From NCBI GenBank assembly GCA_020723325.1, contig DYJD01000006.1, positions 143,465 through 207,464 on the forward strand: 64,000 nucleotides of DNA. The letters run 5' to 3'. The notes below the pieces were generated by a model. It worked only from the letters and a program-made list of their open reading frames with translations. It did no database searches and was not told where the DNA came from. Both the position numbers and the translations under genes were made by a program. Shown piece after piece: positions 18,584 through 28,222 of this stretch. Source of the stretch: Desulfosudis oleivorans. Lineage in GTDB: Bacteria > Desulfobacterota > Desulfobacteria > Desulfobacterales > SURF-7. How positions within the stretch are numbered: the stretch's first letter is position 1; each line of letters starts with the position of its first letter.

Positions 18584-19672
18584 ATGCACGCTGCTTTTCA
18601 GGCAAACGGACATGCCACCCTCATCGGCAGCCTTCCCATGGACAATCATCAGGAGGCGGCCCGGCTGGTATGGCAGCATACCCCGGACATCCCCCTGTGG
18701 GTCCAGCTTCCGGTTTATCCCCAAGAGGGCATGATGGCGCAATTCCTGCCGGGTTTTCCCGGCCTGACGGAAAAGGACGGCAGAACATACATTCAAAGCG
18801 ACGGCCCTGGTTTTGAGGCGGATTTGCTGGGTTTTTATGAAGACTATCTGGCGGCGGGCGAGGGCGCCGGCGATTTGGACTCATCCCGCTTCGCCCTTTC
18901 ACCCCAATTTGCCCCGGGCTTTTTTGAAATGCTCCGCCAATTGGAGGCAGCGTCTGCAAAACCCCTGGCAGTAAAGGCCCAAATCACCGGCCCCATCACC
19001 CTGGGCACCGGTATCACCGACCAGGACGGACGGGCGATCTTTTATGACGAGCGTTTGCGGGATGCGGCCGTGAAACTGCTGGCCCTTAAGGCGCGCTGGC
19101 AGGTCCGGCGTTTGGCGCAATACGGCCGGCCGGTGATCCTGTTTTTTGATGAGCCGGCCCTGACCGGTTTCGGTTCCGCGGCTTTTATCAGCATATCCAA
19201 GGCTGATATCGCCGCTTGTTTTGCGGAAGTCATTGCAGCGGTCCAGGCCGAAGGCGGACTGGCCGGGATTCATGTCTGCGCCAATGCCGAATGGTCCTTG
19301 GTGTTGGACTCCCCGGCGGATATCCTCAGTTTTGACGCTTATGCGTATTTTGACCGTCTAATGCTGTATCCGGAGCAGCTCCGCAACTTTCTCAATTCCG
19401 GCCGCATGATCGCCTGGGGGCTCATCCCCACTCTGAATCCGGAAGATCTGGCCAAGGAAAGGGTCGACACCTTGGCCGCGCTCTGGGAGGCAAGGGTGGC
19501 ACAACTCACGGCCCTGGTGGGAATCGATCCGGGCTGTATTATATCCCAATCCCTGATCACACCGGCCTGCGGCACCGGTTCCCTGACCCTGGCCCAGGCC
19601 GTGCAGGTTTTGGAGCTGACCGCCGGATTATCCGATACCATTCGCCGTCGAAAAAATATCAATATAAAATGA
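18584..19672 (+). CDS. MetE C-terminal-like (cobalamin-independent methionine synthase / URO-D superfamily) zinc-enzyme homologue
   Basis: The ORF is trimmed to the ATG at 18584, preceded by AGGAGC. Putative Zn ligands lie in GIHVCAN and ITPACGTGS, resembling the MetE H-x-C ... C arrangement. The family call is from memory only. Confidence 0.55.
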   Translation: MHAAFQANGHATLIGSLPMDNHQEAARLVWQHTPDIPLWVQLPVYPQEGMMAQFLPGFPGLTEKDGRTYIQSDGPGFEADLLGFYEDYLAAGEGAGDLDSSRFALSPQFAPGFFEMLRQLEAASAKPLAVKAQITGPITLGTGITDQDGRAIFYDERLRDAAVKLLALKARWQVRRLAQYGRPVILFFDEPALTGFGSAAFISISKADIAACFAEVIAAVQAEGGLAGIHVCANAEWSLVLDSPADILSFDAYAYFDRLMLYPEQLRNFLNSGRMIAWGLIPTLNPEDLAKERVDTLAALWEARVAQLTALVGIDPGCIISQSLITPACGTGSLTLAQAVQVLELTAGLSDTIRRRKNINIK

Positions 19673-19683
19673 GGTAAGTAGCT

Positions 19684-20538
19684 ATGTTCGAAACCCGTTC
19701 AAAAAACAGCTTTGCCGGCGCCGCCAAATACATTCTGGATGAGGAGCTGGCCCAGATTGTCAACATTTCCATGGCCCTGGAAATGCCCTTGCTGCTCAAG
19801 GGCGAGCCGGGCACAGGCAAGACCATGCTGGCCCATGCCATTGCCGAAAGCCTGAAAATGCCCTTGATCGTGCTCAACGTCAAATCCAGCATGAAGTTGG
19901 TGGACGCCTTGTATCAATACGACACCCTGACCCGTTTGAACGACAGCCGCTTCGGCGACTCTTCCCGGAATGTGAGCAATATTGAAGAATATATCCGCAT
20001 GGGCAAGATCGGCCAGGCCTTTACCGCCGAGCACCGCACCGTACTATTGATTGATGAAATCGACAAGGCCGACACGGATTTCCAGGACGACATGCTGGAT
20101 GTGCTGGATCAGATGCAGTTCGACATCATTGAAATCGATAAAACCATCACCGCCCGGCACCGGCCGGTGATCATCATCACTTCCAATGCCAAGAAGGATT
20201 TGTCCGACCCCTTCCTGGGCCGCTGCAATTTCCATCATATCGCCTTTCCGGACCCCAAAATGATGCGCAAGATCCTGAATGTGCATTTCCCGGACATTGA
20301 CGGCAGCCTGGCGGATCACGCGGTCACGGCCTTCTATGCCCTGCGGGAGCTGGATTCCGTTGAAAAACGGCCGGCCACCCGGGAGCTGATCAACTGGGTG
20401 CGGGCCCTGCAATCTGATCCGGATTTTTCGCCCAAAAAACTGGCCAAGGGCGAACTGCCGTATTTGGGCGTGCTGTTCAAGAAAAGCCAGGATTATGCCA
20501 GGGCCCAAAACAATGTCAGCCGGCGGAAACTTTTTTAG
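19684..20538 (+). CDS. MoxR/CoxD-like AAA+ ATPase
   Basis: Walker A LLKGEPGTGKTMLA, Walker B VLLIDEIDKA, sensor region IIITSN. The ~284-aa size is typical of the MoxR AAA_5 class. Confidence 0.85.
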   Translation: MFETRSKNSFAGAAKYILDEELAQIVNISMALEMPLLLKGEPGTGKTMLAHAIAESLKMPLIVLNVKSSMKLVDALYQYDTLTRLNDSRFGDSSRNVSNIEEYIRMGKIGQAFTAEHRTVLLIDEIDKADTDFQDDMLDVLDQMQFDIIEIDKTITARHRPVIIITSNAKKDLSDPFLGRCNFHHIAFPDPKMMRKILNVHFPDIDGSLADHAVTAFYALRELDSVEKRPATRELINWVRALQSDPDFSPKKLAKGELPYLGVLFKKSQDYARAQNNVSRRKLF

Positions 20539-20556
20539 ACCAGCAGGGGTGGGGCC

Positions 20557-21747
20557 ATGTTCATCGACTTCTTCTATAAAGTGAGGGAAACCGGGATTCC
20601 GGTCAGCCCCACCGCCTTTCTCACCCTGCACCGGGCCCTTTCAACCGGTCTGGTGAACAACCTGAACGAATTCTATACCGCCGCCCGCTCCATCCTGGTG
20701 AAAAGCGAGCGCTATTTCGACTTGTTCGATCAGATTTTCGCCCATCATTTCCAGGGTGCGGAAATGCCGGACACGGAAGGACTGGAGCTGGATGAGATGG
20801 CCCGGGCCATGCTGGCGGAATGGCTCAAGGACCCCCAGGATCTGGCCCGGGCCCTGGGCATGGATGAGTCCGATTTGAGCAAGCTGACTCCGGACGAACT
20901 CATTGAATATTTCAAGAAACGGTTGCAGGATCAGACCGAACGCCATGACGGCGGCAATAAGTGGATCGGCACGGGCGGAACCTCGCCGGTGGGGCATTCC
21001 GGCCATCATCCGGGGGGTATGCGGGTGGGGGGTGTTTCCCGCAACAAATCCGCCGTGAAAGTGGCCCTGGAAAGGCGCTACAAGGATTATTCCAAGAGCG
21101 GTCCGCTTACCCAGGCCCTGATCGGCGAAGCCCTCAAACGCCTGCGCAACCTGGTGCCCTCCGGTCCCAAGGACCAGGTGAATATCGATGAAACCATTTA
21201 CCGCACCATGAAAAACGCCGGTGAAATCGAAATCATCTTTGATCGCAGCCTGAAGGACCGCCTGAAAATCATCCTGGCCATCGACAACGGCGGCTGGTCC
21301 ATGGACCCCTACATCCCGGTGGTTCAAACCATCTTCGACTATGCCCGGGGCCAATTCAAGGACCTGCGGACCTATTTTTTTCACAACACCATTTATGACA
21401 CGGTCTGGGAAGATCCCAGCCGCTACAAGAAGCCGGTCAAAATCGATGATTTGGCCCGCCGGGACCCGGAAACCCGTTTGATTCTGGTGGGTGATGCCAG
21501 CATGGCGCCCTATGAGTTGATGGCCCGGGACGGCTCCATCTATGTGCATGAGCGCAGCGGCAAGGCCAGCATCGAACGCTTGAAATTCCTGGCTGATCTG
21601 TTCAAGCACAGTGTCTGGCTGAACCCGGTGCCGCCCCACATGTGGAATTACACCCAGACCATCATGACCATCAACCGCATTTTCCCCATGTTCGAACTCA
21701 CTCTGGACGGTTTGGAAAAAGCGATCGGCCATTTGATGGCCAAGTAG
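20557..21747 (+). CDS. VWA domain-containing CoxE-like protein
   Basis: 396 aa, 18 nt downstream of the MoxR ATPase. The C-terminal VWA-like block (LKIILAIDNGGWSMDPY ... LILVGDASM) is consistent with CoxE/VWA_CoxE partners of MoxR ATPases. Confidence 0.7.
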   Translation: MFIDFFYKVRETGIPVSPTAFLTLHRALSTGLVNNLNEFYTAARSILVKSERYFDLFDQIFAHHFQGAEMPDTEGLELDEMARAMLAEWLKDPQDLARALGMDESDLSKLTPDELIEYFKKRLQDQTERHDGGNKWIGTGGTSPVGHSGHHPGGMRVGGVSRNKSAVKVALERRYKDYSKSGPLTQALIGEALKRLRNLVPSGPKDQVNIDETIYRTMKNAGEIEIIFDRSLKDRLKIILAIDNGGWSMDPYIPVVQTIFDYARGQFKDLRTYFFHNTIYDTVWEDPSRYKKPVKIDDLARRDPETRLILVGDASMAPYELMARDGSIYVHERSGKASIERLKFLADLFKHSVWLNPVPPHMWNYTQTIMTINRIFPMFELTLDGLEKAIGHLMAK

Positions 21748-21754
21748 CAGCACC

Positions 21755-23056
21755 ATGGCGCGTTTTTCCGAACTGGTCCGCATGATGCAGCGATTGGACG
21801 ACTTGCTGTCCAAATGCACCCGTTGCGGCATGTGTCAGGCGGTTTGCCCGGTGTTTGCCCAGAGCGGGCATGAAGGCGATGTGGCCCGGGGCAAGCTGGC
21901 GCTCCTCAGCGGTTTGTCCCGGAACCTGTTTGCAAAGGCGGATATCACTGCCGCGCGCCTCAACCGCTGTTTGCTCTGCGGAGCCTGCGAGCGCAATTGC
22001 TCCAATAGCGTTCAGACCCTGGAGGTTTTTCTCAAAGCCCGGGCCCTGATGGCGGAATACGGTCGCCTGCCCATGGCCAAAAAAATGCTTTTCAAACGGA
22101 TTTTGGCCCGGCCGCAAACCTTTGACAGTCTCATGGCCTGGGCCGCCCGGCACCAGCAACTGTTTTCAAAATCCACCCTGAGCCGCCTGGGAACCTCCTG
22201 CGGCCGCCTGGGGCCGGCTTTTTTCAAGGAACGGCATTTTACTCCCCTGGCGAACCCGCCCTTGCACGAACGCCTTCCCTCCCTTAGCACCCCTGGCGCT
22301 GCCGGCGGGCTGCGGGTGGCCTTTTTCCCAGGCTGCCTGCTGGATAAAGTCTATCCCCAGGTGGCCCTGGCCGCCATTCAGGCCCTAACCCATTTCGGCC
22401 TGGGTATTTTCATGCCCCAGGGTCAGGGCTGCTGCGGGATTCCGGCCCTTTCCGCCGGGGAGGTGGAAACCTTTGATGAACTTGTGCGCCACAATCTGGC
22501 CTTGTTCCAGACGGAAAACTGGGACTGCCTGGTGACGGCCTGTGCCACCTGCACCTTTACCCTGAAAAAACTCTGGCCCTTGATGGCCGGTCGTTTTTCG
22601 GAAGAAGTCGGCGGGCAGATCCACCGCCTGGCCGACAAAACCATGGACATCAGCCAATTTCTGGCAGACCGGCTCGACACTGCTTCCATAATACAAACAC
22701 CTACAGAGGAGCCGATTCCGGTCACCTACCACGACCCCTGCCACTTGAACAAATCCCTGGGGATCATCGCCCAGCCCCGCAAACTGATCGCGGCCAATCC
22801 GCGGGTGCTCCTGAAGGAAATGGCCTGCGCCGCCCAATGCTGCGGCATGGGCGGCAGCTTCGGCATGGATCATTTTGATCTTTCCGCTGCCATCGGCGCC
22901 CAGAAACGGGATCACATTCTGGCCAGCGGCTGCCGTACCGTGGTGACCGGCTGCCCGGCCTGCATGCTCCAGCTCACGGACCAGCTTTCCAGAGCCGGTC
23001 AGGCCATCACGGTCCGGCACACCATGGAGGTTTTTGCGGAAGCGCTGGTGGATTAA
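21755..23056 (+). CDS. (Fe-S)-binding protein, GlcF/HdrD-like (2x[4Fe-4S] plus two CCG domains)
   Basis: CTRCGMCQAVCP and CLLCGACERNCS ferredoxin motifs. Two CCG-type cysteine motifs (GQGCCGIP ; QCCGMGGSF, plus CPACMLQL). Confidence 0.85.
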   Translation: MARFSELVRMMQRLDDLLSKCTRCGMCQAVCPVFAQSGHEGDVARGKLALLSGLSRNLFAKADITAARLNRCLLCGACERNCSNSVQTLEVFLKARALMAEYGRLPMAKKMLFKRILARPQTFDSLMAWAARHQQLFSKSTLSRLGTSCGRLGPAFFKERHFTPLANPPLHERLPSLSTPGAAGGLRVAFFPGCLLDKVYPQVALAAIQALTHFGLGIFMPQGQGCCGIPALSAGEVETFDELVRHNLALFQTENWDCLVTACATCTFTLKKLWPLMAGRFSEEVGGQIHRLADKTMDISQFLADRLDTASIIQTPTEEPIPVTYHDPCHLNKSLGIIAQPRKLIAANPRVLLKEMACAAQCCGMGGSFGMDHFDLSAAIGAQKRDHILASGCRTVVTGCPACMLQLTDQLSRAGQAITVRHTMEVFAEALVD

Positions 23057-23129
23057 AGGACTTCTTTGTTGATTTCGAGGCGCATGAATGATATACAGAA
23101 TTAAAATGTATATCAAGGAGGTGTTTAGT

Positions 23130-23363
23130 ATGCGTGTCACCAAATGGGGCAACAGTCTGGCAATCAGATTGCCGAGGTCGGTGGTTCGAGCGCTGGAGCT
23201 GAATGAAGGCGACGACATTGAAGTGGTCGTGTCAAACGCCAGAATTTTTGAGGTTAAAAAGAAACCTGGAAAAGATGATATTTTATCGTGCTTGAGAAGA
23301 TTTCGCGGAAAATTGCCGGCCGATTTCAAATTTGATCGGGAAGAAGCAAATGCCAGACGCTAA
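23130..23363 (+). CDS. AbrB/MazE/SpoVT-family antitoxin (VapB-like)
   Basis: AAGGAGG lies upstream of the ATG at 23130. MRVTKWGNSLAIRLPRSVVRALELNEGDDIEV is the SpoVT-AbrB swapped-hairpin signature. Confidence 0.85.
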   Translation: MRVTKWGNSLAIRLPRSVVRALELNEGDDIEVVVSNARIFEVKKKPGKDDILSCLRRFRGKLPADFKFDREEANARR

Positions 23364-23751
23364 AGCGTTCATTGACACAAATGTACTGCTTTATTTATTA
23401 TCACACGATGCTGTAAGGGCAGATCGCGCAGAGTCCATCCTTCGAACGGGTGCTATTATCAGCGTCCAGGTATTGAATGAAATGACCCATGTCGCCCGCC
23501 GGAAGCTCAACATGTCGTGGGTGGAAATCACCGAGTTGGTGGAACTGATTCGGGTTGTATGTCCAGTGGTGGCCCTGACTGTCGAAACCCATGACAAGGG
23601 TAGGCGCATCGCCGAGCAGTACGGCTTGAGCGTGTATGATTCAATGATCGTGGCCGCTGCCATTCTGGCGGAATGTGAAATAGTATATTCGGAAGATATG
23701 CATGACGGTTTGGTGGTAGATGATCGCTTGCGGATAACTAATCCATTTTAA
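23350..23751 (+). CDS. PIN-domain toxin (VapC-like)
   Basis: AFIDTNVLLYLL (first acidic PIN residue), later VYDSMIVAAA and SEDMHDG. It overlaps the antitoxin stop by 14 nt. Confidence 0.85.
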   Translation: MPDAKAFIDTNVLLYLLSHDAVRADRAESILRTGAIISVQVLNEMTHVARRKLNMSWVEITELVELIRVVCPVVALTVETHDKGRRIAEQYGLSVYDSMIVAAAILAECEIVYSEDMHDGLVVDDRLRITNPF

Positions 23752-23788
23752 TATTTATACAAAACCTTTAGCCCCAATTGCATCTCGC

Positions 23789-24634
23789 CTATTCCCCCGC
23801 CGGCAAACTTTTAATCCAATGACGGATCTCCTGATTCAGTACCGCGTAAAAACGTTCGGAGCCGCCTAAGCCCCTGCGGCCGAAGAAGTAGTTGATCTCT
23901 AGGAAATAGGGAGTTTGGTGCGGTGTGGTGCCGGGTAACAGGAGGTCGAAGCCGGCCAGGTTGATGCCGGTTTTGCGGCAAAACTCGCTTACGGTTTGAA
24001 TCCCCATGGCCTGTAGTTGCGGGTCCGAGACGCTATCGATGACGGCGCCGTGGGCGAGGCTGGTGCCAAACACGGCCGGGTCTTGTTGAACCCGCCAGTA
24101 GGAAAGCATTGTTCGGCCGATGACGGCCACTCGGAGGGCGCGCTGATTGCCGGGGATAAAGGTTTGCAGAAGAAAGCCGCTGCGGCCGGCGGCTTCACCG
24201 AACCCGGCTTTTTGAAGAGCCACGGAAAGATCGGCCGGATTTTGAACCCAAAAAACCGTTTCACCTTCCCCACCCCAATTCAATTTGAAAACCACTGGAA
24301 ATTTAAAGTCGGCAGGCAAAAGATCGGAATCCAGGGATAGGGTATAATCTTCAATAGAGTTATAAATCCGGGTGTCGGGATGGCGGGTGCCGGTTTCCTG
24401 AAAAAGCCGGATCTGGCCGGTTTTGCCTGGATAGCGAAAGCGGGCCCGGTAGTCGGGGAAGACATGGCGGCCATGGCAGTGGACCATCTCAAACAAGGGC
24501 TGCGGGCAGCCCTGGGGCAATATGACGGCACGGGCCGCCCGCACAGCGGCCTGATCGTTTTCATCCGGCGCGCGGCCGGCGCAAAGGATGTTGCGATCCC
24601 CTTCAAAACAGGGATGAAAGGAAAGGATCATCAA
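23789..24634 (-). CDS. ATP-grasp domain protein (RimK-like)
   Basis: 281 aa. VFKLNWGGEGETVF ... LEINYFFGRRGLGG is typical of ATP-grasp C-terminal lobes. Its start codon overlaps the era stop (ATGA). Confidence 0.6.
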   Translation of the reverse strand: MMILSFHPCFEGDRNILCAGRAPDENDQAAVRAARAVILPQGCPQPLFEMVHCHGRHVFPDYRARFRYPGKTGQIRLFQETGTRHPDTRIYNSIEDYTLSLDSDLLPADFKFPVVFKLNWGGEGETVFWVQNPADLSVALQKAGFGEAAGRSGFLLQTFIPGNQRALRVAVIGRTMLSYWRVQQDPAVFGTSLAHGAVIDSVSDPQLQAMGIQTVSEFCRKTGINLAGFDLLLPGTTPHQTPYFLEINYFFGRRGLGGSERFYAVLNQEIRHWIKSLPAGE

Positions 24635-25554
24635 TAGCCCAGTCGCTGCAGCGCCTTGGTATCCTTGCTCCAGTTCTTCTGGATGCGGACAAAGAGTTTC
24701 AAAAACACCTTGGTGCCGGTCATGCGTTCAATCTCCTTGCGGGCGGCCTCCCCGATTTGCTTCAGTTTGCTGCCGCCCTTGCCGATCAGAATCCCTTTTT
24801 GGGAGTCCCGTTCCAGATGGATCACAGCTTCGATATGGATCAAGCGGCCTTCTTTTTTTTCCGAAAAACGCTCCACGGTTACGGCCGTGGCATAGGGAAT
24901 CTCCTGGCCGGTGAGGCGGAACACCTTTTCCCGGATCATTTCCGCGGCAATGAACCGCTCCGAAAGGTCTGTGAGGGTCTCGGCCGGGAACAAGGGCGGA
25001 CCTTGCGGCAGGCAGGTTTCCATGATGGTGAGCAAATCCGGAACCTGGGTCCCGTGGCGGGCCGAGATGGGAATGACGGCCTTGAAATCGTAAGCTTGGG
25101 ACCAGTCCTGGATCAGGCCCAGAAGCTGGGGCTTGGCTATAAGATCAATCTTGTTCAGGGCCAGGATCACCGGTTTCCGCAGGTCTTGCAGGCATTCGCG
25201 CAAAAAGGCTTCGGCTTTTGGATCCGGCGCGGATGCGTCTGCGAGTGCTAAGATCACGTCGGCATCCTGAAAGGCGGAAAGGGCCTGCTCTACTATTTTG
25301 GTGTTGAATAATTCCCGGGCCTTGTGCACACCAGGGGTATCAATAAAAATCATTTGGGACTTGGGCCGGTTTATAACCCCCAGGATGCGGTTGCGGGTGG
25401 TCTGGGGTTTGCGGGAAGTAATGGAAATTTTTTGGCCGAGAATCCGGTTGAGCAGGGTGGATTTGCCCACATTGGGGGCGCCGGCTATGGCGATGAAGCC
25501 GGATTTGAAATCCGAAGCATGCATGGGTTGCATGGGTTCGTCCGGGAAGTTCAT
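24631..25554 (-). CDS. era: GTPase Era
   Basis: The ORF 24631..25788 is trimmed to MNFPDEPMQPMHASDFKSGFIAIAGAPNVGKSTLLN (G1), then DTPG (G3), NKID (G4) and a KH domain with VIHLERDSQKGILIGKGG. The start overlaps the engB stop as ATGA (25551-25554). Confidence 0.93.
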   Translation of the reverse strand: MNFPDEPMQPMHASDFKSGFIAIAGAPNVGKSTLLNRILGQKISITSRKPQTTRNRILGVINRPKSQMIFIDTPGVHKARELFNTKIVEQALSAFQDADVILALADASAPDPKAEAFLRECLQDLRKPVILALNKIDLIAKPQLLGLIQDWSQAYDFKAVIPISARHGTQVPDLLTIMETCLPQGPPLFPAETLTDLSERFIAAEMIREKVFRLTGQEIPYATAVTVERFSEKKEGRLIHIEAVIHLERDSQKGILIGKGGSKLKQIGEAARKEIERMTGTKVFLKLFVRIQKNWSKDTKALQRLGY

Positions 25555-26177
25555 GGGGTTTGCACCTTTCTGTTGAGGATGGGGAAATCGCCCGCAAGGA
25601 GTTGCTGGATTTTTTCCCAGACCTGCTCCTTGCCCTGGCCGGATTTGGCGGAAAACAGCAACAGGTGTTCTTGCGCCACCCCCAAGAGATCTGCGATCTT
25701 GCGTTGTTGATCCTTCTGGGGACCCCGGTTCAGTTTGTCCGCTTTGGTCAGGATGAGAACAAAGGGCCGGTGGTGAAGATTCATCCAATCCAGAAGGTTC
25801 ATCTCCGCAATGCCGGGCAAACGTCGCAAGTCAAGAATCACGACAGCGCCCTTCAGCGTTTTTCTTTGGGCAAGATAGGTCTCGATCATGGGGCCCCAGG
25901 TTTTTTTCACTTGGAAGGGTACCTTGGCATAGCCGAAGCCGGGCAGGTCCACAAAGGTAAAGGCGTCGTTGATGTTGAAAAAATTGATCAACTGGGTCCG
26001 GCCTGGGGTGGAGCTGGTCTTTACCAGGTGCCGGCGGTTCACCAGGGTGTTGATCAGGGAGGACTTGCCCACGTTGGAGCGGCCGATAAAGGCGATTTCC
26101 GGCAGGGACTCTTCCGGATACTGGGACGGCTTTACGGCGCTGGTGATGAATTCGGCGGTTTTAATGATCATGGGCAT
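25551..26177 (-). CDS. engB: Ribosome-biogenesis GTPase YihA/EngB
   Basis: AFIGRSNVGKSSLINTL, DLPGFGYAKV, TKADKL. 208 aa. Confidence 0.93.
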   Translation of the reverse strand: MPMIIKTAEFITSAVKPSQYPEESLPEIAFIGRSNVGKSSLINTLVNRRHLVKTSSTPGRTQLINFFNINDAFTFVDLPGFGYAKVPFQVKKTWGPMIETYLAQRKTLKGAVVILDLRRLPGIAEMNLLDWMNLHHRPFVLILTKADKLNRGPQKDQQRKIADLLGVAQEHLLLFSAKSGQGKEQVWEKIQQLLAGDFPILNRKVQTP

Positions 26178-27346
26178 GGTGCAGATCCGTGCAGGTAGTT
26201 TTCCAGCCGGTCCATGGCTTCCACAATGACTTCCATGGAGTTGGCGTAAGAGAAACGCAGGTAGCCCTCGCCGTTTTTGCCGAAATCAATGCCGGGGGCC
26301 ACGCCCACATGGGCTTTTTCCAGAATATCAAAAGCCAGTTTGTAGGAATCCCGGGAAAAGGCCTTGGCATTGGCGAATATATAGAAGGCGCCGGTGGGCT
26401 CCACGGTAATGCCGAAGCCCATTTGTTTCAAACGGGCCAGCATGTATTGCCGGCGCTCATTATAAATCATTTTCATGCGGGCAATGTCCGCGGCGCATTG
26501 GGACAGGGCCGTGATGCCGGCCTGCTGGACCACGGAATTGGCGGAAATGAAGAAATTCTGCTGAATTTTCTGGATGGGCCGCACAAAGGCCTTGGGGGCG
26601 ATCAAATACCCCAGGCGCAGGCCGGTCATGGCATGGAGTTTGGAAAAGCCGTTCAGGACAAAGGCATTGTCGGTGAATTCCAGGACAGAATGCTCTTGGC
26701 CCTCATACACCAGGCCGTGATAGATCTCATCGGAAATGATCAGGGGCGCAAATTCGGCAATGGCCCGGATACGCTCGGCGGAAAGCAGGTTGCCGGTGGG
26801 ATTGGAAGGGGAGTTGATGACCACGGCCTTGGTGGCTTCGGTCAGTTTGGCACGGATTTCCTCCGGCCGGTACTGGAACCCCTCGGCTTCATAAACCGGC
26901 ACGAAAACCGGTTCCCCCTGCATAAAGCGAATAAAATTGGGGTAGCAAGCATAGTGGGGATCGGACACAATGACCTGGTCGCCGGCTTCGATCAGGGCCG
27001 CAAACAGGAGAAACATGGCCGGCGAAGTCCCGGAGGTGACGATCACCTGTTCCGGGTCCACAGTCACACCGTAGGTGGCGGCATAGTGGCGGCAGATGGC
27101 CAGACGCAGGTCCAAATCCCCCAGGCTGTGGGTGTAATGGGTATGGCCGCATTCCAGGGCGCGGCAGACTTGGGCCTTGACGCAGGCCGGGGTGTCGAAA
27201 TCCGGTTCCCCCACCTCCAGGTGGAGAACCCGGATCCCTTGCCTGGCCATGGCCTGGGCCTTTTCCAGCACGTCCATGACGATGAAGGGCGGCATATCCG
27301 CCGCCCGTTTTGCGATTCGGTAGGAGGTTTCCTTGGTTGAATGCAT
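26168..27346 (-). CDS. Class I/II pyridoxal-phosphate aminotransferase (AspC-like)
   Basis: 392 aa. NSPSNPTGN, SDEIYHGLVY, GFSKLHAMTGLRLGY (PLP lysine), RFSYA. Confidence 0.88.
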   Translation of the reverse strand: MHSTKETSYRIAKRAADMPPFIVMDVLEKAQAMARQGIRVLHLEVGEPDFDTPACVKAQVCRALECGHTHYTHSLGDLDLRLAICRHYAATYGVTVDPEQVIVTSGTSPAMFLLFAALIEAGDQVIVSDPHYACYPNFIRFMQGEPVFVPVYEAEGFQYRPEEIRAKLTEATKAVVINSPSNPTGNLLSAERIRAIAEFAPLIISDEIYHGLVYEGQEHSVLEFTDNAFVLNGFSKLHAMTGLRLGYLIAPKAFVRPIQKIQQNFFISANSVVQQAGITALSQCAADIARMKMIYNERRQYMLARLKQMGFGITVEPTGAFYIFANAKAFSRDSYKLAFDILEKAHVGVAPGIDFGKNGEGYLRFSYANSMEVIVEAMDRLENYLHGSAPCP

Positions 27347-28222
27347 TCAGACCACTTTGTTCAGCGGATATTCCACGATGCCCTCGGCGCCTTTTTCCAG
27401 CAATTGGGGAATCAGGTCCCGCACCACCTCGGAGGCCACCATGGTTTCCACGGAAAACCAGTCGGATTGATACAGATGGGCCACGGTGGGGGCATTGAGA
27501 CTGGGCAAAAGGGCCACCACCTCCTTGATACAGGCTTCCGGCACGTTCATTTTCAGACCCACCAGCTTTTCGCCCAGCAGGGCGCCTTTCAGGAGCAGGG
27601 CGATCTGTTCGATTTTCTTTCTTTTGAGCGGGTCCTTGAAAGCCTCATGATTGGCGATCAACTGGGTGTTGGTCTGCATCAATTCGTGAATGACCCGCAG
27701 GCCGTGGGCCTTGATGGTGCTTTCGGTCTCGGTGATCTCCACGATGGCGTCGGCCAGGCCGGACACGACTTTGGCTTCCGTGGCGCCCCAGGAGAATTCC
27801 ACGCGTACATTGATGTTTCTATCAGCAAAAAAGCGCTGGGTGAATTTCACCAGCTCAGTGGATATCTTTTTTCCTTCCAGGTCTTCCAGGCGTTTGATGG
27901 GTGAATCGTAAGCCACGGCAAGCACCCAGCGGGCGGGGCGGGCGCTGACCTTGGAATAAACAAGATCCGTGACCACATGCACATCGGAATTGTTTTCGGC
28001 GATCCAGTCCTTGCCGGTCAGGCCCGCATCCAGGGTGCCGTTTTCCACATTGATGGACATTTCCTGGGCCCGGCACAGGGCGCATTGCAGGGTGGGATCA
28101 TTGATATCCGGAAAATAGCTCCGGCCGTTCACATTGATTTTCCAGCCCGAGCGCCGGAACAAGGCCACGGTGGCTTCCTGGAGGCTTCCCTTGGGAATGC
28201 CGAGTTTGAGTTTTTCATTCAT
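27347..28222 (-). CDS. hisG: ATP phosphoribosyltransferase (long form)
   Basis: [27 protein letters not shown]..., 291 aa with the C-terminal regulatory domain. It overlaps hisI as ATGA. Confidence 0.93.
   Translation of the reverse strand: MNEKLKLGIPKGSLQEATVALFRRSGWKINVNGRSYFPDINDPTLQCALCRAQEMSINVENGTLDAGLTGKDWIAENNSDVHVVTDLVYSKVSARPARWVLAVAYDSPIKRLEDLEGKKISTELVKFTQRFFADRNINVRVEFSWGATEAKVVSGLADAIVEITETESTIKAHGLRVIHELMQTNTQLIANHEAFKDPLKRKKIEQIALLLKGALLGEKLVGLKMNVPEACIKEVVALLPSLNAPTVAHLYQSDWFSVETMVASEVVRDLIPQLLEKGAEGIVEYPLNKVV

Noticed and set aside
20641-21831. Long antisense ORFs opposite well-supported genes. Examples: 20641-21831(-), 26189-27340(+), 33659-35218(-), 36255-37319(-), 8922-9938(+), 52409-53524(-), 56142-56918(-), 58386-59510(-), 45751-47037(-) and 60222-61754(-).
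   Set aside because: These are shadow ORFs typical of GC-rich coding DNA. Their translations are low-complexity (G/H/A/R/Q-rich) with no recognisable motifs. The opposite strand in each case encodes a protein with unambiguous family signatures.
24631-25788. Long N-terminal extensions given by the ORF track for era (to 25788), mtaD (to 10343), the THUMP methyltransferase (from 37478), the AsmA-like gene (from 14652), the response regulator (to 2463), rplJ (from 49631) and rpoC (from 54903).
   Set aside because: The extensions overlap upstream genes or terminators and are compositionally odd (Pro/Arg/Gly-rich). Internal starts give family-typical N-termini with SD sequences or ATGA coupling.
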